A DNA stretch of 64,000 nt from Candidatus Methylomirabilota bacterium (lineage in GTDB: Bacteria > Methylomirabilota > Methylomirabilia > Rokubacteriales > CSP1-6): NCBI GenBank assembly GCA_036001065.1, contig DASYUQ010000115.1:1297-65296 (forward strand). Reading direction: 5' to 3'. Each line of letters begins with the position of its first letter. Within the stretch, counting starts at the first letter, position 1. A model generated the notes under the pieces. That model did no database searches. It was given only the letters and a program-made list of their open reading frames with translations, and was not told the origin of the DNA. A program made the translations under genes and the position numbers. This document shows positions 16,971 to 26,567 of this stretch, piece after piece.

Positions 16971-19231
16971 CCCTCGAGCGGACGCCGCTCCTCTTCGGAC
17001 GCGACGCCACGCCCGGCGTCCTGGCACTCGGGCTCGCCGCGACCGGCGACGCCATCCGGCTGCATCGACGGGCGGCGGGCGGCGTCACGGTGGAGACCGC
17101 GTCGTTTTCCCCGTTCCTCCTGGCCGCGGACGCGGAGCTGCTCCGTGAGGGCCCGGGCTTGGTCGCCCTGAACGAGCTGGCCGGCTCCGGGGCTCTGCGC
17201 TGGATCGCCCGCTACCGTTCCTGGGGCGGGGCGCTGGCCGCGCGTGACCGCTGCCGCGAGCGCTCCGGCCAGCTCGCCTTCGCGCCCGGCGCGCCCTACC
17301 GGTTCTTCCCTGATCCCGTCCACCAGTACCTGCTGCTGACCGGACGCACGTCGTTCGGCGGACTCACCTTCGCCGACCTCCGCCGGGTGGCGCTCGACAT
17401 CGAAGTGCTCACCTCGGAGGGCTTCGAGTTCCCCAACGCGGCGCGGCCGGGCGACCGCATCGTGGCCATCGCGCTCGCCGACTCGACCGGCTTCCGCCAC
17501 GTGATCCGTGGCGATCGGCTGGACGAGCGCGAGCTCCTCCAGGAATGCGTCCGCCTCGTCCGGGAGCGGGACCCCGACGTGATCGAGGGCCACAACATCT
17601 TCCGCTTCGACCTCAAGTACCTGGAGGCCCGGGCCCAGCGACACGGGGTGGTCCTGGCCTGGGGGCGCGACGGCAGCGCCCTGGGGGGACGGCCCTCGCG
17701 CCTGCAGATCGCCGAGCGGACCATCGGCTACCGCCGCTACGAGGTGGCGGGTCGCCACATCATCGACACCTGGATCCTCGCCCAGCTCCACGACGTCGGC
17801 GCCCGGGACCTGCCCTCGTTCGGGCTCAAGGAGATCGCGCGCCATCTCGGCGTTGCCGCCGAAGATCGCACCTACGTCGATCCCGCCACCATTTCCCGGG
17901 AATTCCGGGAGGCCCCCGATCGCTTGATGGCCTATGCGCTCGACGACGTCGTCGAGACGCTTGCCGTGTCGGCGATCCTCTCGCCGCCGTACTTCGCCCA
18001 GGCCCAGGTGGTGCCCTTCGACTACCAGTCGACCGTGCTGCGCGGGGCGGCGGCCAAGATCGACGCCCTGCTGCTGCGCGAGTACCTGCACCGCGGCCAC
18101 GCCGTGCCCCTGCCGCGCCCCGGCGGCGCCGTCGGCGGCGGCCTCGTCGCGATCTTCCACCAGGGGGTCGCCCGCCCCGTGCTCCACGTCGACGTCACCT
18201 CCCTCTATCCCTCGCTGATGCTGGCCGGCGGCATCGCCCCCCAGTCCGACGAGCTGGGAATCTTTCCCGATCTCTTGCGTTACCTCACCGAGTTCCGCGT
18301 GAGGGCCAAGCGCCTGGCCGCGGGCTCCGCCGACCCTGGCGAGCGCGGGCATTTGCTGGCCCTGCAGCAGTCGTTCAAGATCCTGATCAACGCCTTCTAC
18401 GGCTACCTGGCCTTCGCCGGAGGGCACTTCAACGACTTCGAGGCGGCCAATCGCGTCACGGCGGAGGGCCGTGCCACCGTCAGCGCGATCATCGAGCGGC
18501 TCGCCGCCCTGGGAGCCACGGTCCTCGAGGCCGACACGGACGGCGTCTACTTCACGCCGCCGTCGGGCCACGCGCCGGCCGACGACGAGCCGCTGCTCGA
18601 GAAGATCGCCGGCGCGCTCGGACCCGGAATCCACCTCGAGCTGGACGGGCGCTACGCGGCGATGTTCAGTTACAAGCTCAAGACCTACGCGCTGCTCGAC
18701 GCGCAGGGGCGCGTCAACCTGAAGGGCTCAGCCTTCCGGTCCCGCGGGCTCGAGCCCTTCCAGCGGCATCTCATCGAGGAGGTCGTGCGCCTGCTGCTGA
18801 TCGGTCGCGCGGCGGAGGTCAAGGCCGTCGTCGACCGCTGGATGCAGGATTTCGCCGCGCGCCGGGTGCCCCCGCGCGCCTTCGCCCGCACCGAGACGCT
18901 CGGGGAGACGCTGGAGGCGTACCGTGAGCGGGTCCGCGCGGGAGCCCGGAATCCCTCGGCCGCCTATGAGCTGGCCACGGCGGCCGGCCGCGCCTGGCAA
19001 CCCGGCGACCAGGTTTCCTACTACGTGGCGGGGCGCGGCGCCGGGGTGGCGGTGAACGAGTGCGCCAGGCTCCTGGCGGCGTGGGATCCTGCCCGTCGCG
19101 ACGAAAACGTCGAGTACTACCAGGCGAAGGTCGTGGAGATCTGGGAGCGGTTTCGGCCATTCGTCGAGCACGACGGCCTCCGTCCCCCCGCCGACGACGC
19201 CGACGCATCGCCCCAGCTCACGCTCTTCTGA
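16964..19231 (+). CDS. polB: Family B DNA polymerase (E. coli Pol II-like)
   Basis: Exo I motif LDIEVL, Exo II region, YPSLM (SLYPS-like), the KILINAFYGY motif, and the catalytic DTDG (LEADTDGVYF). The 5' end is uncertain: the in-frame region after the DsbA stop has no ATG (CTG at 16964/16967; GTG at 17090). Confidence 0.75.
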   Translation: MLTLERTPLLFGRDATPGVLALGLAATGDAIRLHRRAAGGVTVETASFSPFLLAADAELLREGPGLVALNELAGSGALRWIARYRSWGGALAARDRCRERSGQLAFAPGAPYRFFPDPVHQYLLLTGRTSFGGLTFADLRRVALDIEVLTSEGFEFPNAARPGDRIVAIALADSTGFRHVIRGDRLDERELLQECVRLVRERDPDVIEGHNIFRFDLKYLEARAQRHGVVLAWGRDGSALGGRPSRLQIAERTIGYRRYEVAGRHIIDTWILAQLHDVGARDLPSFGLKEIARHLGVAAEDRTYVDPATISREFREAPDRLMAYALDDVVETLAVSAILSPPYFAQAQVVPFDYQSTVLRGAAAKIDALLLREYLHRGHAVPLPRPGGAVGGGLVAIFHQGVARPVLHVDVTSLYPSLMLAGGIAPQSDELGIFPDLLRYLTEFRVRAKRLAAGSADPGERGHLLALQQSFKILINAFYGYLAFAGGHFNDFEAANRVTAEGRATVSAIIERLAALGATVLEADTDGVYFTPPSGHAPADDEPLLEKIAGALGPGIHLELDGRYAAMFSYKLKTYALLDAQGRVNLKGSAFRSRGLEPFQRHLIEEVVRLLLIGRAAEVKAVVDRWMQDFAARRVPPRAFARTETLGETLEAYRERVRAGARNPSAAYELATAAGRAWQPGDQVSYYVAGRGAGVAVNECARLLAAWDPARRDENVEYYQAKVVEIWERFRPFVEHDGLRPPADDADASPQLTLF

Positions 19232-19312
19232 TCCACACCGGGGAGCGCTCGCTCTCCATTTAAAATGGTGGGCGCGATCACACCGTCATGTGTTGAGCCC
19301 GACGGCCACGAT

Positions 19313-19344
19313 AAAACCCCGGGGAGGGGTCCCGCCCCGGGGTT
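19313..19344. terminator. Bidirectional intrinsic terminator between convergent polB and RRM genes
   Basis: AAAA-CCCCGGGG-AGGGGUCCCG-CCCCGGGG-UU: a perfect 8-bp GC stem flanked by an A-run on one side and a T-run on the other, giving a U-tract on the minus strand. Confidence 0.5.
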
Positions 19345-19357
19345 GCCGCTCAGCGAA

Positions 19358-19690
19358 TCAGCGGCGCCAGCCGCCTCCGCCGCCGCCCGGCCGTGAGCCG
19401 CGCCCACCACGATCACCACCCCCGCCCCCCGGACCGCGCTGGGGTTGAGGGCGCGCCTCGTCGACGACGAGATTGCGGTCTCGGAACAGCCGACCGTTGA
19501 GCATCTCGATCGCCTTGGTCGCCTCCTCCTTGGTGGCCATCTCCACGAACCCGAACCCGCGCGGCCTACCGGTGAACTGGTCCGTGATGATGCGGACCGT
19601 TTCAACGGTGCCGGCCTGAGCGAACAGCTCGCGCAGATCCTCCTCCGTGGCCTGGAACGAGAGATTACCGACGAAAAGCTTTGCGGGCAT
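19358..19690 (-). CDS. RRM-domain glycine-rich RNA-binding protein
   Basis: RNP-1 motif (RGFGFVEM) and RNP-2 motif (LFVGNL), plus a C-terminal Gly/Arg-rich tail. Confidence 0.85.
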   Translation of the reverse strand: MPAKLFVGNLSFQATEEDLRELFAQAGTVETVRIITDQFTGRPRGFGFVEMATKEEATKAIEMLNGRLFRDRNLVVDEARPQPQRGPGGGGGDRGGRGSRPGGGGGGWRR

Positions 19691-19806
19691 CGCGCGAACC
19701 TCCTGCCCTCAATGAAAGCGGCGCCCTATGGAACGTGCCGAGCCTCCCCCGACTCCCGTGGGTCAAGAGTAGTTACAGGAGGGAACGCCTGTCAAGGTAG
19801 GTTGCA

Positions 19807-20595
19807 CTATCCCTTTTGTAGAAACTCGCCCACCGCCCCCAGAAAGGTCTCGGGCGCCTCCAGGTGCGGAAAATGGGCGCAGCCGTCGACGACCGCCAGC
19901 CTCGCCCCGGCAATGGCCCTCGCCAGGTACTCCGAGTGGTACGGCGGGGTCAACCGGTCCTGGCGCCCCACCAGCACCAGGGTGGGTGCCGCCACTCTGG
20001 CGAGATCGCCGCGCATGTCGTGGGCGACGCAGGCTCCCACGGCGGACCGGAGGGAGGCCACCTCCGCGCGAGCGACCCGTGCCCGGTACGCCTCGATCGC
20101 CTCAGGGTGCTCGCGGACATAACCGTCGGAATAGACCTGGGGAATCGCCGCGTCGGCATACGCGCGCAGGTCGCCGCGTTCCAGCAACGCCAGCCGCTCG
20201 CGCATCATCCCGACGAAGTCGGGGTGCGGAAACCCCCAGGTGTCGACCAGCACCAGCTTCCGGACCCGCTCGGGATGATCGGCGGCCAGGCGCATCGCCA
20301 CGGCGCCGCCGAGGGAGAGGCCGAGGAGGTCCGCGCGCTGAACCCCGAGCGCACCCAGGGCCGCCCGCCAGTCATCCGCGAGCAGACGGACCGTGTAGGG
20401 GCCCCCCGGCTTGTCCGAGCCGCCATGACCACGATGATCCCCCGCCAGCACGCGCCGCGAGGCGGAGAGCGCCGGGAGCACGGGCTGCCACATCTCGTGG
20501 GAACCGCCGACGCCGTGGAGCAGGACCAGCGGCGGCTCCCCCTGGCCCGCCTCGACGTAGTTGAGGTGGACGTTGTTGGCGCGGAGGCGCGGCAT
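19807..20595 (-). CDS. Alpha/beta-fold hydrolase
   Basis: HGVGGS oxyanion region, GLSLGG nucleophile elbow, and a C-terminal His (CAHFPHLE). The start was set at MPRLRANNV. Confidence 0.7.
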   Translation of the reverse strand: MPRLRANNVHLNYVEAGQGEPPLVLLHGVGGSHEMWQPVLPALSASRRVLAGDHRGHGGSDKPGGPYTVRLLADDWRAALGALGVQRADLLGLSLGGAVAMRLAADHPERVRKLVLVDTWGFPHPDFVGMMRERLALLERGDLRAYADAAIPQVYSDGYVREHPEAIEAYRARVARAEVASLRSAVGACVAHDMRGDLARVAAPTLVLVGRQDRLTPPYHSEYLARAIAGARLAVVDGCAHFPHLEAPETFLGAVGEFLQKG

Positions 20596-20743
20596 CACTC
20601 CCTCCCGGGCTCGATGTCTCGCCCGATCCCCCGCTCGAGATCGCCGCACTCGATCCGCGCCTGCTCGCCGGAATCGACCGGTGCGAGCGCCATGGGCAAG
20701 AGACGCGCGACCGCGTCTTCCGTGATGAGGCGCACCGTGGAGC

Positions 20744-21319
20744 TCACCGCGCGCGACCGCGCCCGCGCGGGAAGCGCGGGATGGCGGCCGGATCCAGGGT
20801 CGGCAGGCCCTCGATCGATTCCCGGACGGCCCGCGCGAACGATGCGAGCTGGAGCCCGCCCAGGCGGCGCCCCTCCAGGCGCGCTCCCCCTTCCGCGAGC
20901 AGCGCGCGGGCGCCGCTGGCGTTGCCGTTGGCGAGATGCTGATAGCCGACGGCGATCTGGATCAACCCTTGAAGGGCCTCGCGGTCGTCGCCCGTCGCCC
21001 GAGTCCAGTGGGGCTCGAGCAGCTCGTGGACCTCGAAGCCGAGCCCGGCGTCGAAGAGGGTGGCCGCCGCCGCCAGCGCGTCGTCGAGGCGGGATCCGGC
21101 CGGCCCCAGCGGCAACGCGCGCACCGCTTCGCTCGCCCGCTGGGCCCGGAGCCGCAGCAGCCTGGCCTGACCGCGCTCGTCGGGGCCGAGCCAGTCGGAC
21201 TCGGCGGCGCCGCCGCGCGCCAGCCGCTCGAGCCCATGGCGGGCCTCGGCGTCGTGCAGGGACTGCAAGATCGTCTCGGCCAGGCGATTGCGCGCGCGCC
21301 AGGGCAGCGTCGGGATCAC
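20744..21319 (-). CDS. DUF309 domain protein
   Basis: Carries the HE.LE..W signature (FEVHELLEPHW). Confidence 0.5.
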   Translation of the reverse strand: MIPTLPWRARNRLAETILQSLHDAEARHGLERLARGGAAESDWLGPDERGQARLLRLRAQRASEAVRALPLGPAGSRLDDALAAAATLFDAGLGFEVHELLEPHWTRATGDDREALQGLIQIAVGYQHLANGNASGARALLAEGGARLEGRRLGGLQLASFARAVRESIEGLPTLDPAAIPRFPRGRGRAR

Positions 21320-21813
21320 AGGACGCCGGAGGGCGTCGATTGGCCGGCGGGCGTCGGCGCGCGGCGGAGAGCGCGCGCGGGCAGCCGCTCCACGCGGCTG
21401 CCGGCGATCAGGTCGTGCAGCGCCCGCTTGTCACGGCGCAGCCCCGCCATGACGAAGCCGAGCCCCAGCGGCAGCGAAGAGACGAAGTAGGCGAGGTACC
21501 GGAGAAACGCCCCACCCACCGGCAGCAACTCACCGTCGATGGCGACGACGCGGATGCCGACCGCCATCTTGCCCACCGTCTGCCCGCCGAGGGCGTGGAG
21601 CACGGTCGTGTAGAGGACGGTGAAGAGCCACGCGAACGCCACCGCGACGACCTGGACGGCGATGGCCTCTTCCGTCTGGCGTCCCCCCAGACGTCCGGCC
21701 ACGAAGCGGAGCGAGGCCAGCACGAGGAAGAACACGATGGAGTCGATCAGCAGCGCGACGACGCGGATCCAGAAGCCGGCCGGGCGGGGTTCGCTCCAAG
21801 CGCGCTCGTTCAC
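21316..21813 (-). CDS. RDD family membrane protein
   Basis: RDD-family features: W.R..A...D, hydrophobic helices, and TVGKM.VGIRVV. GTG start at 21811-21813. The upstream part of the listed 459-aa ORF is an artefact. Confidence 0.55.
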   Translation of the reverse strand: MNERAWSEPRPAGFWIRVVALLIDSIVFFLVLASLRFVAGRLGGRQTEEAIAVQVVAVAFAWLFTVLYTTVLHALGGQTVGKMAVGIRVVAIDGELLPVGGAFLRYLAYFVSSLPLGLGFVMAGLRRDKRALHDLIAGSRVERLPARALRRAPTPAGQSTPSGVL

Positions 21814-21831
21814 GGCGTGTATAATATCGCC

Positions 21832-23037
21832 ATGATTTCGGTGCGGGATGGTCAAAATCGCATCCTCGCACAGGTCACGCAGCGCACCTCGCCGGAGCTC
21901 GTTCCCCTCGCCGATGCGCGCGATCGTGTGCTCTGGGAAGCCGCCCGTGCGTCCTTCGACGTGCCGCCGACGGACAACTCCGCCGTCGATGGCTACGCGG
22001 TGTCGAGCGCCGACATCCCGGCTCGAGACAGCCGCGAGCTGATCGTGGTCGGCGATCTCCCCGCCGGTTCCGTCTTCGACGGCGTGATCCCGCCCGGGCA
22101 GGCCATCCGCATCATGACGGGCGCCCCGATGCCGGCGGGCCCGGACACGGTCTATCCCCAGGAGAGCGTCGAGCGCGTGGGCGATCGCATCCGCGTGCCG
22201 CCGATCGCCAGGGGCGCCAACGTCCGCCGGCGCGGCGAGGACGTGGCCAGCGGCACGGTCGTGATCGAGGCGGGCGCCGTCCTGCGTCCGCAAGAGCTGG
22301 GGCTCCTGGCCTCGCTCGGCCAGCGTCAGGTGCTGGTGAGTCAACCGCCGCGCGTCGCGCTGCTCTCCACCGGCGACGAGGTGGCCGAGCCCGGCGCAAT
22401 CCGCAAGCCCGGGCAGATCTATGACGCGAACCGCTTCACGCTGCGCGGGCTGAGCGAGCAGTGTGGCGGCGTGGTGACCGACCTCGGGATCGTGCCCGAC
22501 CAGCGCGATCGCCTCCGCGCGCGGCTGCTGGAGGCGGCGGAGGTCGCGGACCTCGTCATCACCTCCGGCGGCGTGTCCGTCGGCGCCTACGATCTCGTGA
22601 AGGAGGTGCTGGGCGAGGTCGGCGGCATCGACTTCTGGCAGGTGGCCATGCAGCCGGGACGGCCGCTGGCGGTGGGCCGCATCGGGCGCGCGCACTTCTT
22701 CGGCCTCCCCGGCAATCCCGTCGCCTCCATGCTCACCTTCCTGCTCTTCGTCCGGCCGGCGATCTTCACGCTGGCGGGGCGGCGGCGGGTCTTTCCCGAG
22801 ACCTGGCCGGCGCGCGCGGCGGAGCCGATGCGGAAGAAGGTGGGCCGCCGCGAATTCAAGCGCGGCATCCTCCGCCTCGACCAGGGGTGCTGGGAGGTGC
22901 GCACCACCGGGCCCCAGGGCTCGGGGATCCTGAGCTCGATGGTCGCCGGCAACTGCCTCATCGTCCTCGAGGAGGAGCGCGGCGACGTGGCGGCGGGTGA
23001 CACGGTCCTGATCGAGCCGTTCGGGTGGACGGATTGA
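21832..23037 (+). CDS. moeA: Molybdopterin molybdotransferase MoeA
   Basis: MoeA domain architecture with GGVS.G.D and PGNP motifs (LVITSGGVSVGAYD; GLPGNPVAS). Confidence 0.8.
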   Translation: MISVRDGQNRILAQVTQRTSPELVPLADARDRVLWEAARASFDVPPTDNSAVDGYAVSSADIPARDSRELIVVGDLPAGSVFDGVIPPGQAIRIMTGAPMPAGPDTVYPQESVERVGDRIRVPPIARGANVRRRGEDVASGTVVIEAGAVLRPQELGLLASLGQRQVLVSQPPRVALLSTGDEVAEPGAIRKPGQIYDANRFTLRGLSEQCGGVVTDLGIVPDQRDRLRARLLEAAEVADLVITSGGVSVGAYDLVKEVLGEVGGIDFWQVAMQPGRPLAVGRIGRAHFFGLPGNPVASMLTFLLFVRPAIFTLAGRRRVFPETWPARAAEPMRKKVGRREFKRGILRLDQGCWEVRTTGPQGSGILSSMVAGNCLIVLEEERGDVAAGDTVLIEPFGWTD

Positions 23038-24602
23038 TGGCCGGAGCGCTCACCGTCGAGCTGATCGACGCCCTCAAGGACACCGTCCGCGATCTCCTGC
23101 GCGACACCGCGCGCGCCTTGGCCCACCTCGCCTACGCCGATCTGAGAGTGGAAGTCACCGAGGTGAAGGCCGCCGCCGCCGAGAACGGCGCCAGCAAGTT
23201 CTCGGGCGACGACTACGTCTTCACGCTGGGCGTGCGTGTCCTGGCCGGCCACCGCACCATCGCGCCCGGCTACGTGGGCCTCACGCTCGGCGCCGCCGAC
23301 GTCCCCCACATCGAGCGCGTGATCCGCGAGGCGCTCGAGCGCGCGTACCGGCGGGCCAGCGTGAACGCCGAGATGAAGGCGGACGCGCGGGAGAAGTTCG
23401 GCGCCCTGGGCGCGGCGCTGGCCGACACGCGCCTGCACCCCATCGAGGTGCGCGAGGATACCGTCCCCGCCGTCTACGCGGTGGACCCGCGCTCCATGCG
23501 CCTGGCCGAGATGGTCGCCTACGCCACCGACGTCTCCCGCCAGGTCGCCGCCGTCGACCCCCGCCTCAAATACAACTCGATCTCGACGCTCACCCAGATG
23601 TCGCGCGAGCTCTTCGCCTCGACGGAAGGCGCGCTGATCGACCAGGCCTTCGCCCTGACCCAGGGGGCGTGCTCCATCGTGGCCGTCGCCGGGGTCACCA
23701 GCCAGGACCTCTACGACGTGCTCGGCCACCAGCGGGGCTGGGAAATTCTGTCAGAGGGCGTGGGCGAGTCGCTCATCCGTTTCCCGACGTTCCGCGACTT
23801 CGCCCTGGAGCTCGGCCGGGAGGGGGTGGCCCTGGCCGAGGCGCCGGTCCTGCCCACCGCTGACCGCGAGGTGGTCGTGGTCACGGACCCGCACTACAAC
23901 ACGCTGGTCGCCCACGAGATCGTCGGCCACCCCGTCGAGCTCGACCGCGCGCTCAAGATGGAGACCGCCTACGCCGGCCGCTCCTGGCTCCTGCGCGGTC
24001 TCGGCGAGCACCAGCTCGGCAAGCAGATCGCCTCTCCACTCGTCACCGCGTACTCGGACCCGTCCCTGCCCGGCTACGGCCATTACCGCTACGACCACGA
24101 AGGGGCCCCGGCGCGGCGGGTCGTCCACATCGACCGCGGGATCTTCACGGGCTTCATGAATAGCCGCCAGACCGCCGCGATCTTTGGCGGGGCGCCCAAC
24201 GGGCACTACAAGGCCACCGACGCCGCGTTGGTGCCGCTGATCCGGATGTCCAACACCGTCTTCGCCGGTGGCGACCGCGACCCACGCGACATCCTGAAGG
24301 AGGTCGACCATGGCTACTATGTGGCCGGCCATCGCATCCCGTCGATCGCCGAGAGCCGCGAGAACTTCCGGATCTCCGCGCGACGCGTCCACGAGATCCG
24401 GAACGGCGAGCTGGGCCGTCTCTACCGCGACGGCGGCATCGCCGCCGACAGCCGCGACTACCTGATGAACGTGGACGCCGTCGGCTCGGACTTCCTGCTG
24501 TACCCGATCCCCAACTGCGGCAAGGGCCAGCCCATGCAGACGAAGAAGCTCGGCAACGGGGGCCCCACGATGCGCAGTCGGGCCCGGGTGGTGGGGGGCT
24601 GA
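23025..24602 (+). CDS. TldD/PmbA-family metalloprotease, divergent TldD-like paralogue
   Basis: HExxxH-type motif HEIVGHPVE and the TldD/PmbA fold region. At 525 aa it is longer than the canonical TldD at 46352..47797. Confidence 0.65.
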   Translation: MDGLMAGALTVELIDALKDTVRDLLRDTARALAHLAYADLRVEVTEVKAAAAENGASKFSGDDYVFTLGVRVLAGHRTIAPGYVGLTLGAADVPHIERVIREALERAYRRASVNAEMKADAREKFGALGAALADTRLHPIEVREDTVPAVYAVDPRSMRLAEMVAYATDVSRQVAAVDPRLKYNSISTLTQMSRELFASTEGALIDQAFALTQGACSIVAVAGVTSQDLYDVLGHQRGWEILSEGVGESLIRFPTFRDFALELGREGVALAEAPVLPTADREVVVVTDPHYNTLVAHEIVGHPVELDRALKMETAYAGRSWLLRGLGEHQLGKQIASPLVTAYSDPSLPGYGHYRYDHEGAPARRVVHIDRGIFTGFMNSRQTAAIFGGAPNGHYKATDAALVPLIRMSNTVFAGGDRDPRDILKEVDHGYYVAGHRIPSIAESRENFRISARRVHEIRNGELGRLYRDGGIAADSRDYLMNVDAVGSDFLLYPIPNCGKGQPMQTKKLGNGGPTMRSRARVVGG

Positions 24603-24606
24603 AGCC

Positions 24607-25011
24607 GTGGGCCGGGCGCTGATCCCCCTGCTGGTGGCGGCACTGCTCCTGGGGGCCGCGGCGCCGGCGGCGCCGCCCGAGTATCCGGTCGCCTTCGTCA
24701 CGGTGGACGAGCTGCAGGGGGCGCTCGATCGCGGTCTGCCGGCGGACGTGATCGACGTGCGCGCGCGGGGCGAGTTCGACGAGCTGCACATCAAAGGCGC
24801 GCGCTCGATGCCGCTCCCCAGCGTCGCCGACAGGATCGGCGAGATCCCCCGGACGGGCCTCGTGGTCTTCTACTGAGCGTGCCCGCACGCGCTGTCCCGG
24901 GGGGCCAGCAACATCCTGTACGCGCGCGGGTGGCGCAACCATCGCGTGCTCGACGAGGGCCTGCCCGGCTGGATCGCGCACGGCTACCCGGTAGAGGGCG
25001 CGCGCCGATGA
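24607..25011 (+). CDS. Secreted single-domain rhodanese with in-frame UGA (putative selenocysteine) at the catalytic Cys position
   Basis: Signal peptide and rhodanese N-part end ...GLVVFY[TGA 24874-24876]. The same frame continues ACPHALSRGASNILYARGWRNHRVLDEGLPGWIAHGYPVEGARR, a typical rhodanese C-terminus, to TGA 25009-25011. ATGA overlap with the next gene. Confidence 0.65.
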
Positions 25012-26567
25012 TCGCGACCGCCGATCTCGCCAAGGCGGCGCGAGCGGCGCTGGAGTATGCGCAGGCCCAGCCCGGCGTGCGCGAGGTGGAAATCTTCGCC
25101 GCCGCCAATACGAGCCTGCTCACCCGGCTCTGCTACACCTCGCACATCGCCTCCAACGGCGTGGAGGAGCCGAAGTCCGCCCAGGCCCACGGCATCGGCA
25201 TCCAGGCGGTGTTCGATGGGCCCCAGGGTCCCCGGCTCGGCTTCGGCAGCGAGCCCAGCGACCTCACGCCGGGCGGCGCCGAGCGGGCGCTGGGCAAGGC
25301 GCGGGCCGCCGCCGTCCTCGATCCCGAGTTCGTCTCGCTACCGCGCCCGCGCCGCGAGCCGCGCGTCCTCTTCGATTATCACGACCCCAAGCTCATGGCC
25401 CTCGACGACGCGAGCCTGGTGGAGGCCGGCTGGAAGGTGGTCGGGGGCGCGCTCCGGACCTTCCTGGCGTCCTCCCGCCTGGCCGAGCTGGCGGGGAGCG
25501 ACGAGGGGCTCCGGGCCCTCGGCCTCATCCTCGGCGGCGACGTCACCGTTGTCCAGGAGCGCATCGCCATCGCCTCCACCCACCTGCCCCAGGTGCAGAC
25601 GGACGAATCGGCGCTGATCACCGCGTTCGTCACCGCGATGGTGGAGGCCCGCGATGCCAAGGGCTCGGGCTGGTCCACCGGCGTGCGCCTGGACCACTTC
25701 ACCGACGAGTCCGGCGTCGACGCCGCCCAGCGCGCCATCGAGGCCATCGGCGGCCGGCGGGTGCCGTCGGGCGAGTACACGGTCATCTTCGGCAAGCAGC
25801 CGGTGGCCGACCTGCTCAACAACCTCATCGTGCCGGCGTGCACGGCCAGCGCCTTCTACGCCTCCAGCACGCCCTTCCTGGCCAAGCTCGGCCGACGGGT
25901 GGCCTCCCCGCTCCTCACCATCTACGATCACGGTGCCATGCCCGGGCTCATGGGCTCCAAAGGCATCACCTGTGAGGGCCTGTCCACCGGGCGCACCGAT
26001 CTCATCAAGGACGGGATCCTCGTCGGGTGCCTCAGCAACTGGTACGAATCACAACGGCTGCTCCAAGATCCCGCGCTCGCTGGCAAGCTCGGTGCAACCG
26101 GAAAGGCCGCGGAGGCCGCGCTGGTGCCGCGCAACGGCTTCCGCTTCGAGGCCGGCGGTGGCCGCCAGTTCTACACTCAGCCGGGGATCGCCGCCTCGAA
26201 CGTGCTGGTGGAGGGAAGCTCGCCGGCGTCCCTGGACGAGCTGATCCGGACGGTGAGGGACGGGCTTTACATCGGTCGCATCTGGTACACGTATCCCATC
26301 AACGGGCTCCGGGCGGGCGATTTCACCTGCACGGTCGTCGGCGATTCGTATATCATCCGCGATGGCCGCCTGGCGGCGCCGCTCCGGCCCAACACGGTGC
26401 GGATCAACGACAACATCCTCAGAGTCCTGAACGCCGTCGTCGGCATCACCAAGGACGTGAAGGGCACCATCGTGTGGGCGGCCGACGAGGTCGTCTACGC
26501 CCCCGAGATCGCCGTCGCCGGCCTCCGGGTCGAAGAGATCGCCGGCTTCATGGAGGGGCTTTCCTGA
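25008..26567 (+). CDS. TldD/PmbA-family protein, PmbA/TldE-like paralogue
   Basis: PmbA/TldD family similarity throughout. The start was set at MIATADLAK (ATG 25008), overlapping the rhodanese stop. Confidence 0.65.
   Translation: MIATADLAKAARAALEYAQAQPGVREVEIFAAANTSLLTRLCYTSHIASNGVEEPKSAQAHGIGIQAVFDGPQGPRLGFGSEPSDLTPGGAERALGKARAAAVLDPEFVSLPRPRREPRVLFDYHDPKLMALDDASLVEAGWKVVGGALRTFLASSRLAELAGSDEGLRALGLILGGDVTVVQERIAIASTHLPQVQTDESALITAFVTAMVEARDAKGSGWSTGVRLDHFTDESGVDAAQRAIEAIGGRRVPSGEYTVIFGKQPVADLLNNLIVPACTASAFYASSTPFLAKLGRRVASPLLTIYDHGAMPGLMGSKGITCEGLSTGRTDLIKDGILVGCLSNWYESQRLLQDPALAGKLGATGKAAEAALVPRNGFRFEAGGGRQFYTQPGIAASNVLVEGSSPASLDELIRTVRDGLYIGRIWYTYPINGLRAGDFTCTVVGDSYIIRDGRLAAPLRPNTVRINDNILRVLNAVVGITKDVKGTIVWAADEVVYAPEIAVAGLRVEEIAGFMEGLS

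Noticed and set aside
21814-21831. Moco riboswitch upstream of moeA.
   Set aside because: Only 18 bp separate moeA from the divergent RDD gene, which is far too short for the ~130-nt aptamer.
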